Shown: positions 9,530-18,872 of the stretch, one piece after another
How the letters are laid out: every line of letters starts with the position of its first letter
Position numbering within the stretch: the first letter of the stretch is position 1
NCBI GenBank assembly: GCA_041484665.1
Contig: JBGPIA010000008.1
Span: forward strand, 22,398-86,397
DNA from: Candidatus Krumholzibacteriia bacterium
GTDB lineage: Bacteria; Krumholzibacteriota; Krumholzibacteriia; JAJRXK01
Direction of reading: 5' to 3'
DNA length: 64,000 bases
The notes under the pieces: model-generated
The model's input: only the letters and a program-made list of their open reading frames with translations
Told to the model about the DNA's origin: nothing
Database searches by the model: none
Program-made: the position numbers and the translations under genes

Positions 9530-10141
9530 ATGAACAAGCCATCGGCTCTCGTTATCCTGACGACCGCCATGCTGCTGGTCGGCACGGCTGCAGTTGCGGG
9601 CGCGCCTCAGCCGGGCGACCTGGGTGTCTTCTTCGATGCGGCCGGCACGACGACGTCGATCGAAGGCGTCGTTGCGTTCGCGTCAGTCAACTTCTACGTC
9701 ATTGCGTTCGAGGTCCCTGGGGGGCTCAGGGAGTACGAGTTCTCCGTGGATTTGCCACCCGGCGTGATCGTCCTCGCCGGCCGCATTCTTCCCGGCCCCG
9801 GCTGCGTTGACGTCGACACTGGAGACGACAACTACATCATTGTCTGCGACGATTGCCTCACAGCGCCGGCGCAGTCCCTGGTGACCTACCAACAGGCAGT
9901 GTTCCTCGCAGCGCCGCCGCCCGACTCCCAGATCTGCCTGGGGCCGGCAACCCCGTCCAGCGGCCCGGCGATGGGTTGGCCGCCGGCACCGATCTACGAC
10001 ACGTGCCGTTTCGCTGGGGACTTGCACCTGTTCGGGTCGGCCTACCGTGGTTGCGCCGTGATCAATCCGGCTGTGCTCACACCACCGATTCCCGACGCAC
10101 TCGCCGGCTGGGGCGCACTGAAGGCGACTTACGGAAACTGA
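9530..10141 (+). CDS. hypothetical secreted Cys-containing protein (signal peptide, 203 aa)
   Basis: ORF track; AGAAGGAG RBS; N-terminal signal peptide LLVGTAAVAGA; no recognisable domain; lower-GC codon usage like the upstream gene. Confidence 0.55.
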   Translation: MNKPSALVILTTAMLLVGTAAVAGAPQPGDLGVFFDAAGTTTSIEGVVAFASVNFYVIAFEVPGGLREYEFSVDLPPGVIVLAGRILPGPGCVDVDTGDDNYIIVCDDCLTAPAQSLVTYQQAVFLAAPPPDSQICLGPATPSSGPAMGWPPAPIYDTCRFAGDLHLFGSAYRGCAVINPAVLTPPIPDALAGWGALKATYGN

Positions 10142-10355
10142 GCCCTCCCTGCAGTGAGGGCAGCGCAGCACGCGCGGGGCCGGGGAGGGCTCCTCACGGA
10201 CGCGCGTAGCAGCGCGCATGGGAGCGCGCACAGCAAGGGGCGCTTAGAGCTTCAACCCGGACCGGTGGGCTCATCCGCTGGAGCAGTTGGCCTCGTTTCC
10301 CGGACCCAGCGCGCGCGTCGACCGCATCCGGCAGGCCGCCGCCCACCCGGCCGCG

Positions 10356-13193
10356 TCACTTCCGCTCCCGGAACTCCTCGAACCAGTTCTGCACGACGAT
10401 GATGCTGGCCCGGCGGTCCACGCTCCCGGCCGGGCGGTAGAAGACGAAACGCTGGCCGTCGCGCGTGACATCGAACCCCGACGGCCATCCGGCGGGCGTG
10501 CTGCGGCCGATGTCCGGCCGCGTGAAGAGCTTGACCGCTTTCCCGAACTGGGGCGACGCGCCGAGCTGGACTTCGATCTCGAAGAGATCCACACCGTTGG
10601 CGTAGCACAGCCGGTCCCCGCGGGCGTTCCATCGCGGGTAGGTTCCCCCACCGGCTGACACCTGCCAGCGTCCCTCGCCGCTCGGAAAGCGCTTCAGGTA
10701 GATCTCGTCGTGTCCCGACTCGCTCGACGTGTACGCCACGTAGCGGCCGTCGGGCGAGACGCGCGGGTCCGACTGGATGCTCGGACCAGTCACCAGCGGT
10801 CGCTCAGAGCGGTCCTGAAGGGAGAAGCAGGCCAGGTCCCAGTCGTCGTCTGCCTTGACGCGCGCGTAGACCACCGATCGGCCGTCCGGCGTGAACGACG
10901 GGGTCAGCCCCACGCCGAGCGTGTCGGGGACGCCCGTGCCATCCACCGACATGACGATCACCCGGTGGCACTTCACCTGTTGGCACTGTTTGGCGACGAA
11001 CTGGAAGACGATGCGATCGCCGGCCGGCGAGAACGACGGCCAGATGCCGATCCCATCAAGGAAGGTGAGGCGCGTGCGGGTGCCGCGCTTCGTGTCGAAG
11101 ATCCACAGGTCCGCCCCCTCCATGTCCCCGACGGTCACCGCGACGAGGTTTCCATCCGGAGAGGCTGCCATCCAGTCGAACCTGGCGGGGTTGTTGATCT
11201 CCCCCAGGTCTGCTCCCTGGCTGCCGCTGCGGTCCGACCAGACGACATGGATGTGGTCGGTAGCTGCGCCGTGGAGGTACGCGAGCGTCCCATCGCTGGC
11301 AACGCTGGGCTGCGACCCGCCGGGCGCCACCAAGAAGGGCTCCCCGGTTACCTCTGCGCGTGTGAGTGAGTACGGAACGGCCCAGATGCCGGAGTTGGTC
11401 GGCGAACGCTGAAACAGGATGTGCCCCGTGGGAGAGTAGACAGGCGTTGCCAGTCGCTGGTCCTCCATCGACAACAGCACCTTGCGATGGTTCGCGGACC
11501 AGGCGACCAGGCTCTGGAACGGCTTATGGATCGAGTGGGGAACGAAGACCACGGTGGCTCCGCCGGGCAGGGCGACGGGCTCGTGGAGGTCGGATTCGAG
11601 CGTGCTGTCGACAGGGACGATGGTGTGAGCGTCTCCCCCGCGCGCCGATACGGCCAGGATGCCGTCGTGCTCGCCTCGCGAGGCGATGATCGTCCCATCC
11701 TCCCGCCAGCTTCCGCCACTTCCGCCCGTGAATCCGGCCCCGCGAACGTCGCAGATGATCTGCGCGGCTCCGGTGCCGATGTCGAGCTTGGTGATCTTCG
11801 TGCCGGCGATGTAGGCGACGGACCGGTTGTCCGGCGACCAGAACAGGTCGATCACGCCGGGATCCGCGGCATACTCGCGCGGCTCGAGCGCGTTGAGCTC
11901 CTGGATGGCGATGCGACCGCCTCGCACGTACGCCACGGCGCGGCCGTCGGGCGAGAGCGTCGGAAGGATGGGGGCGTCCTCCGCATCTCCCCGGACGGGA
12001 ACCGCCAGCTTCCGTACGGCGGTGGTGCCGCGAGCCGCGGGCGACTGCGTCCGCGTAGCCGCGAAGGTCAGCAACGCGCCGAGCGCAAGCCCTGCGGCCG
12101 CCACCAGCAGGATGGCGCGCTTGCTGCGCGGCGCGGCCTGATCGCGGCCCGCGAATCCGCCGCCCGCCAGTCCAAATCCCACGCCACCTGCCAGTCCAGC
12201 GCCCACGCCGCCCGCCAGTCCAGCGCCTGCGCCGCCGGCGCCACCCAGCACGCCGCCCATCGCGCTGCCCGTCCCACCGACGGGCGGGGCGACTTCGCCG
12301 ATCGCCAGTGCCGCGGACAGATACGGGTCTGGCGTGCCCGCGAGCAACTCGTCCAGCGCAATGCGCGCCTCGCCGATGTCGCGCAGGCGCAATGGAGCGT
12401 CCTTCGTGAGGCAGCGGCGCAGCAGCTCGCGGACGCGGGTGGGTGCATCCCGAGGCAGGCTGGTCAGGTCAGGAGCATCCCGCAACACCGACGCGACCAC
12501 CTCGGACATCGTGTCCCCACCGTGGAGCTGCCGGCCTGTGAGCGCCTCCCACAACACGCAACCGAACGCCCAGATGTCCACGCGCCGGTCGGCCGGTCGA
12601 CCCTTGGCCTGCTCCGGCGACATGTAGGCCGCGGTGCCCAGGACGATGCCGGCCTGCGTTGCGGCCAGGCTCAACGTGGGCGAGTTCGCGAGCTGGGCCG
12701 CCGGCCCGTCGCCCTCGAGCGCTTTGGCCAGTCCGAAATCGAGCACTTTCACGGCGTCGTCGGGACGCAGCTTCACGTTCGCGGGCTTCAGATCGCGGTG
12801 GACGATTCCGCGCTCGTGCGCGTACTCAAGCGCCTCGGCGATCTGCTTGCAGATGCGCAGCGACTCGATCAGCGGAATTGGCCCCTGGGCGAGGCGCTGG
12901 GCGAGCGTCACGCCCTCCACCAGCTCCATCACCAGTATCCGCGTGGAGCCCGATTGCTCGAAGCCGTAGATGGCGGCGATGTTCGGGTGGTTGAGGGCGG
13001 CCAGCAAACGCGCCTCGCGCTCGAATCGCGCCAGGCGGTCGGGATCTTGCGCGAGCCGATCGGGCAGGACCTTGAGCGCTACCTCGCGCCCGAGCGTGCT
13101 ATCGAGTGCGCGCCAGACTACGCCCATCCCGCCTTCGCCGAGCACGTCGACCAGGCGGTAGTGCGACAATGTGTCGCCGCGTCCGAGGGGCAA
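10356..13193 (-). CDS. Ser/Thr protein kinase fused via Gly/Ala-rich linker and TM segment to a TolB-like (PD40/WD40-like) beta-propeller
   Basis: ORF track; glycine loop LGEGGMGVVWRA, VALK, HRDLKPANV, DFGLA, SPEQ kinase motifs; C-terminal repeated PD40-like units; apparent TTG start. Confidence 0.85.
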   Translation of the reverse strand: MPLGRGDTLSHYRLVDVLGEGGMGVVWRALDSTLGREVALKVLPDRLAQDPDRLARFEREARLLAALNHPNIAAIYGFEQSGSTRILVMELVEGVTLAQRLAQGPIPLIESLRICKQIAEALEYAHERGIVHRDLKPANVKLRPDDAVKVLDFGLAKALEGDGPAAQLANSPTLSLAATQAGIVLGTAAYMSPEQAKGRPADRRVDIWAFGCVLWEALTGRQLHGGDTMSEVVASVLRDAPDLTSLPRDAPTRVRELLRRCLTKDAPLRLRDIGEARIALDELLAGTPDPYLSAALAIGEVAPPVGGTGSAMGGVLGGAGGAGAGLAGGVGAGLAGGVGFGLAGGGFAGRDQAAPRSKRAILLVAAAGLALGALLTFAATRTQSPAARGTTAVRKLAVPVRGDAEDAPILPTLSPDGRAVAYVRGGRIAIQELNALEPREYAADPGVIDLFWSPDNRSVAYIAGTKITKLDIGTGAAQIICDVRGAGFTGGSGGSWREDGTIIASRGEHDGILAVSARGGDAHTIVPVDSTLESDLHEPVALPGGATVVFVPHSIHKPFQSLVAWSANHRKVLLSMEDQRLATPVYSPTGHILFQRSPTNSGIWAVPYSLTRAEVTGEPFLVAPGGSQPSVASDGTLAYLHGAATDHIHVVWSDRSGSQGADLGEINNPARFDWMAASPDGNLVAVTVGDMEGADLWIFDTKRGTRTRLTFLDGIGIWPSFSPAGDRIVFQFVAKQCQQVKCHRVIVMSVDGTGVPDTLGVGLTPSFTPDGRSVVYARVKADDDWDLACFSLQDRSERPLVTGPSIQSDPRVSPDGRYVAYTSSESGHDEIYLKRFPSGEGRWQVSAGGGTYPRWNARGDRLCYANGVDLFEIEVQLGASPQFGKAVKLFTRPDIGRSTPAGWPSGFDVTRDGQRFVFYRPAGSVDRRASIIVVQNWFEEFRERK

Positions 13194-13227
13194 GTCGGGC
13201 TCCGGTGCGAGGCGGTCAGGAGAGGTT

Positions 13228-13302
13228 GGTCGGGGCGACTGGATTCGAACCAGCGACCGTCGGCTCCCAAAGCCGATGCGCTACCACTGCGCTACGCCCC
13301 GA
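13228..13302 (-). tRNA. tRNA-Pro (anticodon TGG), CCA encoded
   Basis: Reverse complement CGGGGCGTAGCGCAGTGGTAGCGCATCGGCTTTGGGAGCCGACGGTCGCTGGTTCGAATCCAGTCGCCCCGACCA; anticodon loop TTTGGGA. Confidence 0.9.
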
Positions 13303-13455
13303 CCCGATGTCTCGCGCCACCGCGCGGCCAGCTGTGGGCGCTCTCGGCGCTGAGCAGGGAGCCGATGCCCCTGGACGGCGTCCAAGCCACGCTCTCCGGC
13401 GGCGATGTGGCCACAGTGTACATCCAGGCTCGCCATAAGCCCAACGGGCAGGTCA

Positions 13456-13600
13456 CTTCGATTCGCTACTTCGCCACTTCGCCACTTCGCCAAGTCGCCA
13501 GTTCCCTAGTTCGCTAGTTCGCTCATTCGCTACCTTGCTAATCCGCTCCCCTGCTCGTCCACTCCCTTGCTAATCCGCTACCTTGCCACTTCACGACATC
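13456..13600. repeat. degenerate octamer microsatellite (plus strand ASTTCGCY; minus strand AGCGAAST) x ~10, with lower GC than surroundings
   Basis: Read in sequence: ...cttcgccacttcgccacttcgccaagtcgccagttccctagttcgctagttcgctcattcgct...; located between the rdgB stop and tRNA-Pro. Confidence 0.6.
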
Positions 13601-13667
13601 ACTCGTCCGCAGCATTCAGCCGGTGTCCGACCGGACCCGGCGATTGCGGCGCCCACGCAACAGCTCA

Positions 13668-14459
13668 TCAGGGATCGAAGGGGGTGCGGCCGCCGGTCAG
13701 GTAGCGCTGCAGCAGCTCCCACGCCCCGCGCACCGCCATGGCCCGGTGGCTCAGCTCGTTCTTCTCGGTCACGGTCATTTCGGCCAATGTGCGGCCCCGC
13801 TCCGGCACCAGGAAAATCGGGTCGTACCCGAATCCGCCGTGGCCACGCGCCTCGAGCAGGATCTCGCCCGCAACCGCTCCGCGCGCCAGCAGCTCGAACG
13901 GGCGCCCACCCCGCGCGCGCGAGGGGCAGGTCGCCCCGGCCGACGAGGTGTCCGGCCGAGGATCCGGGGTCTCCACCGTCGGCGGCACGGCCACGGTCGC
14001 CGGTGCCGGCCGCGGGCCCACGGTCGGCATCACCGGCCGCGGGTCCACGATCGCGACAACCGTCTCGAACCGCGCCCGGCGCTGTTCGGGGCGCAACGCC
14101 CCGATGGCCGCAAGCTCCCTGAGGAGCTTATGGCAGTTGTCCTCGTACGTGGCGCCCTCGCCAGCGTAGCGGCTGCTGTAGACGCCCGGCGCGCGGGCCA
14201 GCGCATCGACCAGCAGCCCTGTATCGTCAGCCAGCGACATCTCGCCCGTGAAGGCTGCCGTCTCGCGAGCCTTCTTCAGCGCGTTCGCCTCGAGCGTCTC
14301 CCCGTCCTCGACGACGTCGGGCATCCCCACGAACTCGTCGGCCTGCTTGATCGTCAGCGGCAGGCCGGTCAATAACTCGCACAACTCCTGTATTTTATTC
14401 CGGTTGCGGGTGGCGAGGACGAGCACGTGGCGCATGGGCACTTGACGGTTCGTCAGCAT
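13668..14459 (-). CDS. rdgB: non-canonical purine NTP pyrophosphatase RdgB/HAM1 family with a ~45-aa Pro-rich low-complexity insertion
   Basis: ORF track; LATRNRNKIQE...ADDTGL...SSRYAG...GFGYDPIF motifs align to RdgB; insertion PRPVMPTVGPRPAPATVAVPPTVETPDPRPD between conserved blocks. Confidence 0.8.
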   Translation of the reverse strand: MLTNRQVPMRHVLVLATRNRNKIQELCELLTGLPLTIKQADEFVGMPDVVEDGETLEANALKKARETAAFTGEMSLADDTGLLVDALARAPGVYSSRYAGEGATYEDNCHKLLRELAAIGALRPEQRRARFETVVAIVDPRPVMPTVGPRPAPATVAVPPTVETPDPRPDTSSAGATCPSRARGGRPFELLARGAVAGEILLEARGHGGFGYDPIFLVPERGRTLAEMTVTEKNELSHRAMAVRGAWELLQRYLTGGRTPFDP

Positions 14460-14554
14460 CTTGACAGTTTACCCGGGTAAACTTTACGCTTTCTGTTCGC
14501 GTGCTTGCGCCGCTTGTCGGCGCGACCGCGCGCCAGCGGGTGCGTCCGCGACCC

Positions 14555-14572
14555 GTCCGTAATCACATTGTG
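14555..14572. repeat. third, partial copy of the palindromic element (CACATTGTGCTCACGG) in the rph-rdgB intergenic region
   Basis: Right half-site TGTGCTCACGG identical to copies at 1808-1880. Confidence 0.45.
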
Positions 14573-14642
14573 CTCACGGGCCCGCCGGAGACATCACTGC
14601 ATCCCGGGGTCCCTGCGCATCCTGGGGGTCCCTGCGCCCCGC

Positions 14643-15383
14643 TCAGTCCTTCATCTCGGCTGCCGCCGCCTTGCAGGCCTTCACTTGGAGATCGGTGAGG
14701 ATCTTCGCCCCGCCCTTGGCCAGCGCCAGCATCGCCTGCAGCTGTGGATCATCGAACGCAGCGCCCTCGGCCGTGCCCTGGATCTCCACGAACTTCCCAC
14801 CGGCTGTCAGGACCACATTCATGTCCACGTCGGCCTCGACGTCCTCGCTGTACTCCAAGTCGATGCTCGGAACCCCCTCGACGATCCCCACGCTCACGGC
14901 GCAGACGTGCTCCCTCATCGGATGAGCGGCCAGCCGGAGCCGGCGACGCATCCGCTCCAGGGCGATCCACAGGGCGACGCTGGCGCCTGTGATGCTGGCA
15001 GTGCGCGTGCCCCCATCGGCCTCCACTACGTCGCAATCGATGGTGACGGTGAACTCGCCGATCTCGCTGAGCTCGATCACCACCCGCAGGCTGCGGCCGA
15101 TCAGGCGCATGATCTCGCTCGTGCGACCCGAGACCTTGCCGCGCACGGCCTCGCGCTCGGTGCGCTCCTGGGTGGAGCGCGGGAGCATGCCATACTCGGC
15201 GGTGATCCAGCCGTGTCCGGAATCCTTCCTCCACCGCGGCACGCCCGGCGCCAGGGTCGCGGCACAAATGACCTGCGTCTGCCCCATCTTGATCAGCGCG
15301 GATCCCTCGGGATAGCGCTGGAAGTGTGGCGTGATCTCCACGTGCCGCAGTGCATTGGGCTTGCGGTCTCCGGGACGGCTCAT
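14643..15383 (-). CDS. rph: ribonuclease PH
   Basis: ORF track; full-length similarity to RNase PH (HVEITPHFQRYPEGSALIKMGQTQVICAA...GGTRTASITGA). Confidence 0.9.
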   Translation of the reverse strand: MSRPGDRKPNALRHVEITPHFQRYPEGSALIKMGQTQVICAATLAPGVPRWRKDSGHGWITAEYGMLPRSTQERTEREAVRGKVSGRTSEIMRLIGRSLRVVIELSEIGEFTVTIDCDVVEADGGTRTASITGASVALWIALERMRRRLRLAAHPMREHVCAVSVGIVEGVPSIDLEYSEDVEADVDMNVVLTAGGKFVEIQGTAEGAAFDDPQLQAMLALAKGGAKILTDLQVKACKAAAAEMKD

Positions 15384-16363
15384 CGACGGTCCTTTCCCGA
15401 TACGGACCCCAGCCGACGCGCTCGCTTCGCGCCCGCTCCTCGGCCCGCCGCCTGGCCCTCGCGCTGGCCTCTCCCTTGACCCGCCGCCCGGCCCTCGCGC
15501 GGGCCTGTCCCCTGGCCCTCCGCCGGCTCCGACCGGGCCCCGAAGTCGGCTGCGTGATCCACGTGGTACTCGTCCTCCAGCGTCACGACCTCAACCTGCG
15601 GGAGCACGCGCTGCAGGAAGCGCTCGCCGACCTCCGCAAAGCGCTGGGGCACGTCGGTCACGACCAGCCGCAGCGAGCCCGGTCCCGGCGACAGCTCGCT
15701 AGTCTTCTCGAGGTCCTTCGCGACCGAATCCGCCAGCACCAAGGCCGAGTCCACCAGCGTGACGTGCGGCCCCATCGCCGCGGCGATCGCCGTCTTGAGC
15801 AGCGGGTAGTGCGTGCAGCCCAGGATCATCGTGTCCACGCCGCTGTCGCGCATCGCTTGCAGGTAGTCGCGGGCGACGGCACGCGGCACGTCGCCCTCCA
15901 GCCACCCTTCTTCCGCTAGCGGCACGAACAGCGGGCAGGCCTTGCTGTCGACGCGCAGTGCAGGGCGCGCGGCCCGCAGGAGCTCACCATAGCGGTCGCT
16001 GGCGATTGTGGCCAACGTCCCGATCACGCCCACGTAACCGCGCGTGGCGGCGAGCGCCGCCTCCACGCCGGGCTCGATCACTCCCTGCACGGGGACCGGG
16101 CAACTCTCCTGCAGCGCGTCCAGCGCCAGCGAGCTGGCGGTGTTGCACGCGATCACCAGCCGCTTAACCCCCTGCGATACGAGGTAGCGCGCCGCCTGCA
16201 GCGTGAATCGCCGCACCGTGGCCGCGCCCTTGGTGCCGTACGGCACGCGCGCAGTGTCGCCGAGGTAGATGAAGCTCTCCTGCGGCAAGCGCTCGCGCAG
16301 CGCGTGCAGAACGGTGAGCCCGCCGATCCCGCTGTCGAACACACCGATGGGCCGAACATCCAT
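15380..16363 (-). CDS. murI: glutamate racemase with ~55-aa Gly/Arg-rich C-terminal repeat tail
   Basis: ORF track trimmed to internal ATG (MDVRPIGVFDSGIGG; AAGGA ~10 nt upstream); alternative GTG start at 16468; conserved CNTAS and GCTHYP motifs; stop overlaps the rph start (ATGA). Confidence 0.85.
   Translation of the reverse strand: MDVRPIGVFDSGIGGLTVLHALRERLPQESFIYLGDTARVPYGTKGAATVRRFTLQAARYLVSQGVKRLVIACNTASSLALDALQESCPVPVQGVIEPGVEAALAATRGYVGVIGTLATIASDRYGELLRAARPALRVDSKACPLFVPLAEEGWLEGDVPRAVARDYLQAMRDSGVDTMILGCTHYPLLKTAIAAAMGPHVTLVDSALVLADSVAKDLEKTSELSPGPGSLRLVVTDVPQRFAEVGERFLQRVLPQVEVVTLEDEYHVDHAADFGARSEPAEGQGTGPREGRAAGQGRGQREGQAAGRGAGAKRARRLGSVSGKDRR
15440..15545. repeat. ~33-nt tandem repeat inside the murI 3' tail (encodes REGRAAGQGRGQ / REGQAAGRGAGAK)
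   Basis: Read in plus strand: ccgcctggccctcgcgctggcctctccctt / ccgcccggccctcgcgcgggcctgtcccct. Confidence 0.5.
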
Positions 16364-16458
16364 CCCAGCTTGTCCTTTCGCGACCCGTTGGCCGGCCGAT
16401 CCCCTCGCGCGGCTCGCCCGCCGCGTGACCGACTCGCCGACCACCTCGCGCGGCTCGC

Positions 16459-17310
16459 CTACAGCCACTCCTTGGTACGCAGCGGGCGAGTCAGGTCCAC
16501 GTGCCCCGCCAGGGTCTCCACCTCGAGCCCATCCACCAGGATCTTCACCGCAATCACCTCGGGGAAATCCACGGCGATCGTGCGCACAATGCTGGTAAGC
16601 ATCATGATCTCCATCGCGGTGCCGCCAATCTGGCCGGCCACCAGCTCGTGGCTGAAGTCCAGATAGAGGATGCGCTTCTCCTCATCGTAGAAAGCGTTGC
16701 GCAGGCGCGTGCCGTCGGGAATCGTACGCACGGCTCCCTGCGCCTGGGGCCCCTTGAGCAGCTCGCCGATAACCTCCGCCGCCTCCTCATCGCGGTGGCT
16801 CTGCGCCTGGACCGCTCGCATCTCGCCGACGACCCCGTCGGCGTCGGGATTGCCGAAAAACACGGTCACCGACCGCGTGCCCAGCGACTCCTCGACCTGC
16901 TCGGGTTGAGGCGTCTCCGCCGGCGGCGCGGGGGGATGGAGACGCACCCGCCCGACAACGACGGCGGCCACGCCGAGGAGAACCACCAGCGTAAGGAGCC
17001 AGGGCCAGCGCCGACGCGCGGCATGCGGCGGCGGAGCCCCCGGTGGCGGCTGGCCCGAACCGGGGTCGACCCCCATTCCCTCGCCAAAGCCACCGTCCGT
17101 GGCCCCCTTGTGCATTCCCTGACCCGCGTCCGCGGACCGATCGTGCATACCCTGCTCGGCGCCGACCGCCGCAGCCGCGTTCCGCCCGGCGCCCGCGCCG
17201 GCACCCGCACCCGCACCCGCGCCTACACCGGCGCCCGCGCCCGCGCCCTCGCCTGCAGGGACCCCGGGCTGTTCCCCCTGACCGAAGAGACCATCGGACT
17301 TGCGCTTCAC
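16459..17310 (-). CDS. GerMN-domain membrane-anchored protein with N-terminal Gly/Ala-rich low-complexity region
   Basis: ORF track; C-terminal ~130 aa match the GerMN domain pattern (VTVFFGNPDADGVV...LLKGP...TIPDGTRL...ILYLDFS...VDGL); GTG start overlapping the upstream amidase stop (GTGA). Confidence 0.65.
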   Translation of the reverse strand: MKRKSDGLFGQGEQPGVPAGEGAGAGAGVGAGAGAGAGAGAGRNAAAAVGAEQGMHDRSADAGQGMHKGATDGGFGEGMGVDPGSGQPPPGAPPPHAARRRWPWLLTLVVLLGVAAVVVGRVRLHPPAPPAETPQPEQVEESLGTRSVTVFFGNPDADGVVGEMRAVQAQSHRDEEAAEVIGELLKGPQAQGAVRTIPDGTRLRNAFYDEEKRILYLDFSHELVAGQIGGTAMEIMMLTSIVRTIAVDFPEVIAVKILVDGLEVETLAGHVDLTRPLRTKEWL

Positions 17311-18872
17311 GGCGCCTCCTCCCGCACCGCCTCCATGCGGTCGCGGAAGTTCAGCACCGCTGAGGTGAGCGCCTGCGCCAGCTTCGTGTGGAAGCTGTGG
17401 TCGGCGAGCATGCGCGCCTCGTCCTTGTTGCTGAGAAAGCCGACCTCCACCAGGATCGCCGGCATGTAGGCGCCCACCAGCACGCGGAAGCCGGCCTGCT
17501 TCACGCCGCGGTCATGCAGCCCCATCTCCTCGGTCAGGCGCGATTGCACGGCCTCGGCGAGTGTCGCGCTCTCCTGGATGTAGAGGTTCTGCACGATGTC
17601 CCACAAGATGAAGTCGATGTCGTGGGCAGCATCGATCGAGGCGTTCTCCTGCTTGGCCACGCTCGCGTCCCACTCGGTCTTGGCCGGCGACAGGAAGTAC
17701 GTCTCCACTCCGTGCGCCTCGGAGCTCAGCCAGCCGTTGCAGTGGATGCTGATGAACAGGTCGCCGTTCTCGCGATTGGCCAGCTCGGTGCGCTCGGTCA
17801 GCCCGATCGTGTCGTCCCCCTGGCGCGTGAGCACCACCTGGATCCCCTCTTTGCGCTCGAGCACGCGCTTGACCTCGCGGCAGATCGCCAGGGTGATGTC
17901 CTTCTCCAGCAGGCCGAACTCCCCCTCGCGGCCAATGTCGGCACCGCCATGGCCGGGATCGAGGATCACCTTGCGCACGGTGACCTTGCGCGCGGCCGTC
18001 TCGGGCGGCAGCGTCTGCACCAGCTTGGGCCCCTTGGGCACGGGCTCGGGGATGGTGGCCAGGGGCGCCTGCTCGACGCGCAGCACGATCGTGTGGCCGT
18101 CGTCCTGCGAGAGCGACTGGTAGCGACTGGCGAGCTCGGAGAGGTGCACCGTCAGCAGCGCGTAGCCCTCCTCCTGCAGACTCTCCACCGACTCGACCAG
18201 CCCCTGCGGGGAGGCCTGGAGCAGCTGCTGCGGATCGAGGTGTCCGCCGTAGATCTTGAGCACGAGGTCGCGCGGCCGGCTGTCGTCGACTCGGAAGGCA
18301 AGCGGCGCGCGCATGCGCACGCGCAGCTCGGTGGTCAGGTCCTTCACGTCGAACTCCAGCGTCGTGATGTTGAGCTGGCGGACGCCGATCGACAAGGTGA
18401 AGGTCTGTGAGTCCCACGTCACGCCGCGCGCGGTCATGGCCGGCAGCACCTGCGTCAGGAACTCCATGGGGATCCACGGCTCGCCCTGATGCATCAGCAC
18501 CGGCGCGCGCAGCATGATGGACTTCTCTTCCGAGACCACGGCGCGCGCGTCGACCGTGAGCGTGATGCGGTTGTTGCCCACGCGCAGCACGAGCTTGCGG
18601 ACGTCGCTGCGCCAGAAGCGCCCGACCTGCAGGATCTCGGCGAGGTCGCTGCCGGCGATGTACCACTCCTCGCTGGGCGGGTTGAGCTGCTTGAGGGTGG
18701 TCGTGGCGGGCTCGCGGGAGTCACCGAAGAGCACCTGCGCTGAACGCGCCTCGTATTCGCGCTGTTGCGCCGCGCGCACGCCCACCAGGGGCAGCACGAA
18801 GCTATGCAGCAGTAGCCCCAGCGCGACGACGCGGGTCCAGCGGGCCGGGTCGCAAGACGTGTCACGCTTCAT
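17307..18872 (-). CDS. N-acetylmuramoyl-L-alanine amidase (Amidase_3, AmiC-like) with N-terminal AMIN-like region
   Basis: ORF track trimmed to internal ATG whose start overlaps the smpB stop (ATGA); catalytic-domain motifs VILDPGHGG...ISIHCN...ILVEVGFLSN. Confidence 0.8.
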   Translation of the reverse strand: MKRDTSCDPARWTRVVALGLLLHSFVLPLVGVRAAQQREYEARSAQVLFGDSREPATTTLKQLNPPSEEWYIAGSDLAEILQVGRFWRSDVRKLVLRVGNNRITLTVDARAVVSEEKSIMLRAPVLMHQGEPWIPMEFLTQVLPAMTARGVTWDSQTFTLSIGVRQLNITTLEFDVKDLTTELRVRMRAPLAFRVDDSRPRDLVLKIYGGHLDPQQLLQASPQGLVESVESLQEEGYALLTVHLSELASRYQSLSQDDGHTIVLRVEQAPLATIPEPVPKGPKLVQTLPPETAARKVTVRKVILDPGHGGADIGREGEFGLLEKDITLAICREVKRVLERKEGIQVVLTRQGDDTIGLTERTELANRENGDLFISIHCNGWLSSEAHGVETYFLSPAKTEWDASVAKQENASIDAAHDIDFILWDIVQNLYIQESATLAEAVQSRLTEEMGLHDRGVKQAGFRVLVGAYMPAILVEVGFLSNKDEARMLADHSFHTKLAQALTSAVLNFRDRMEAVREEAP

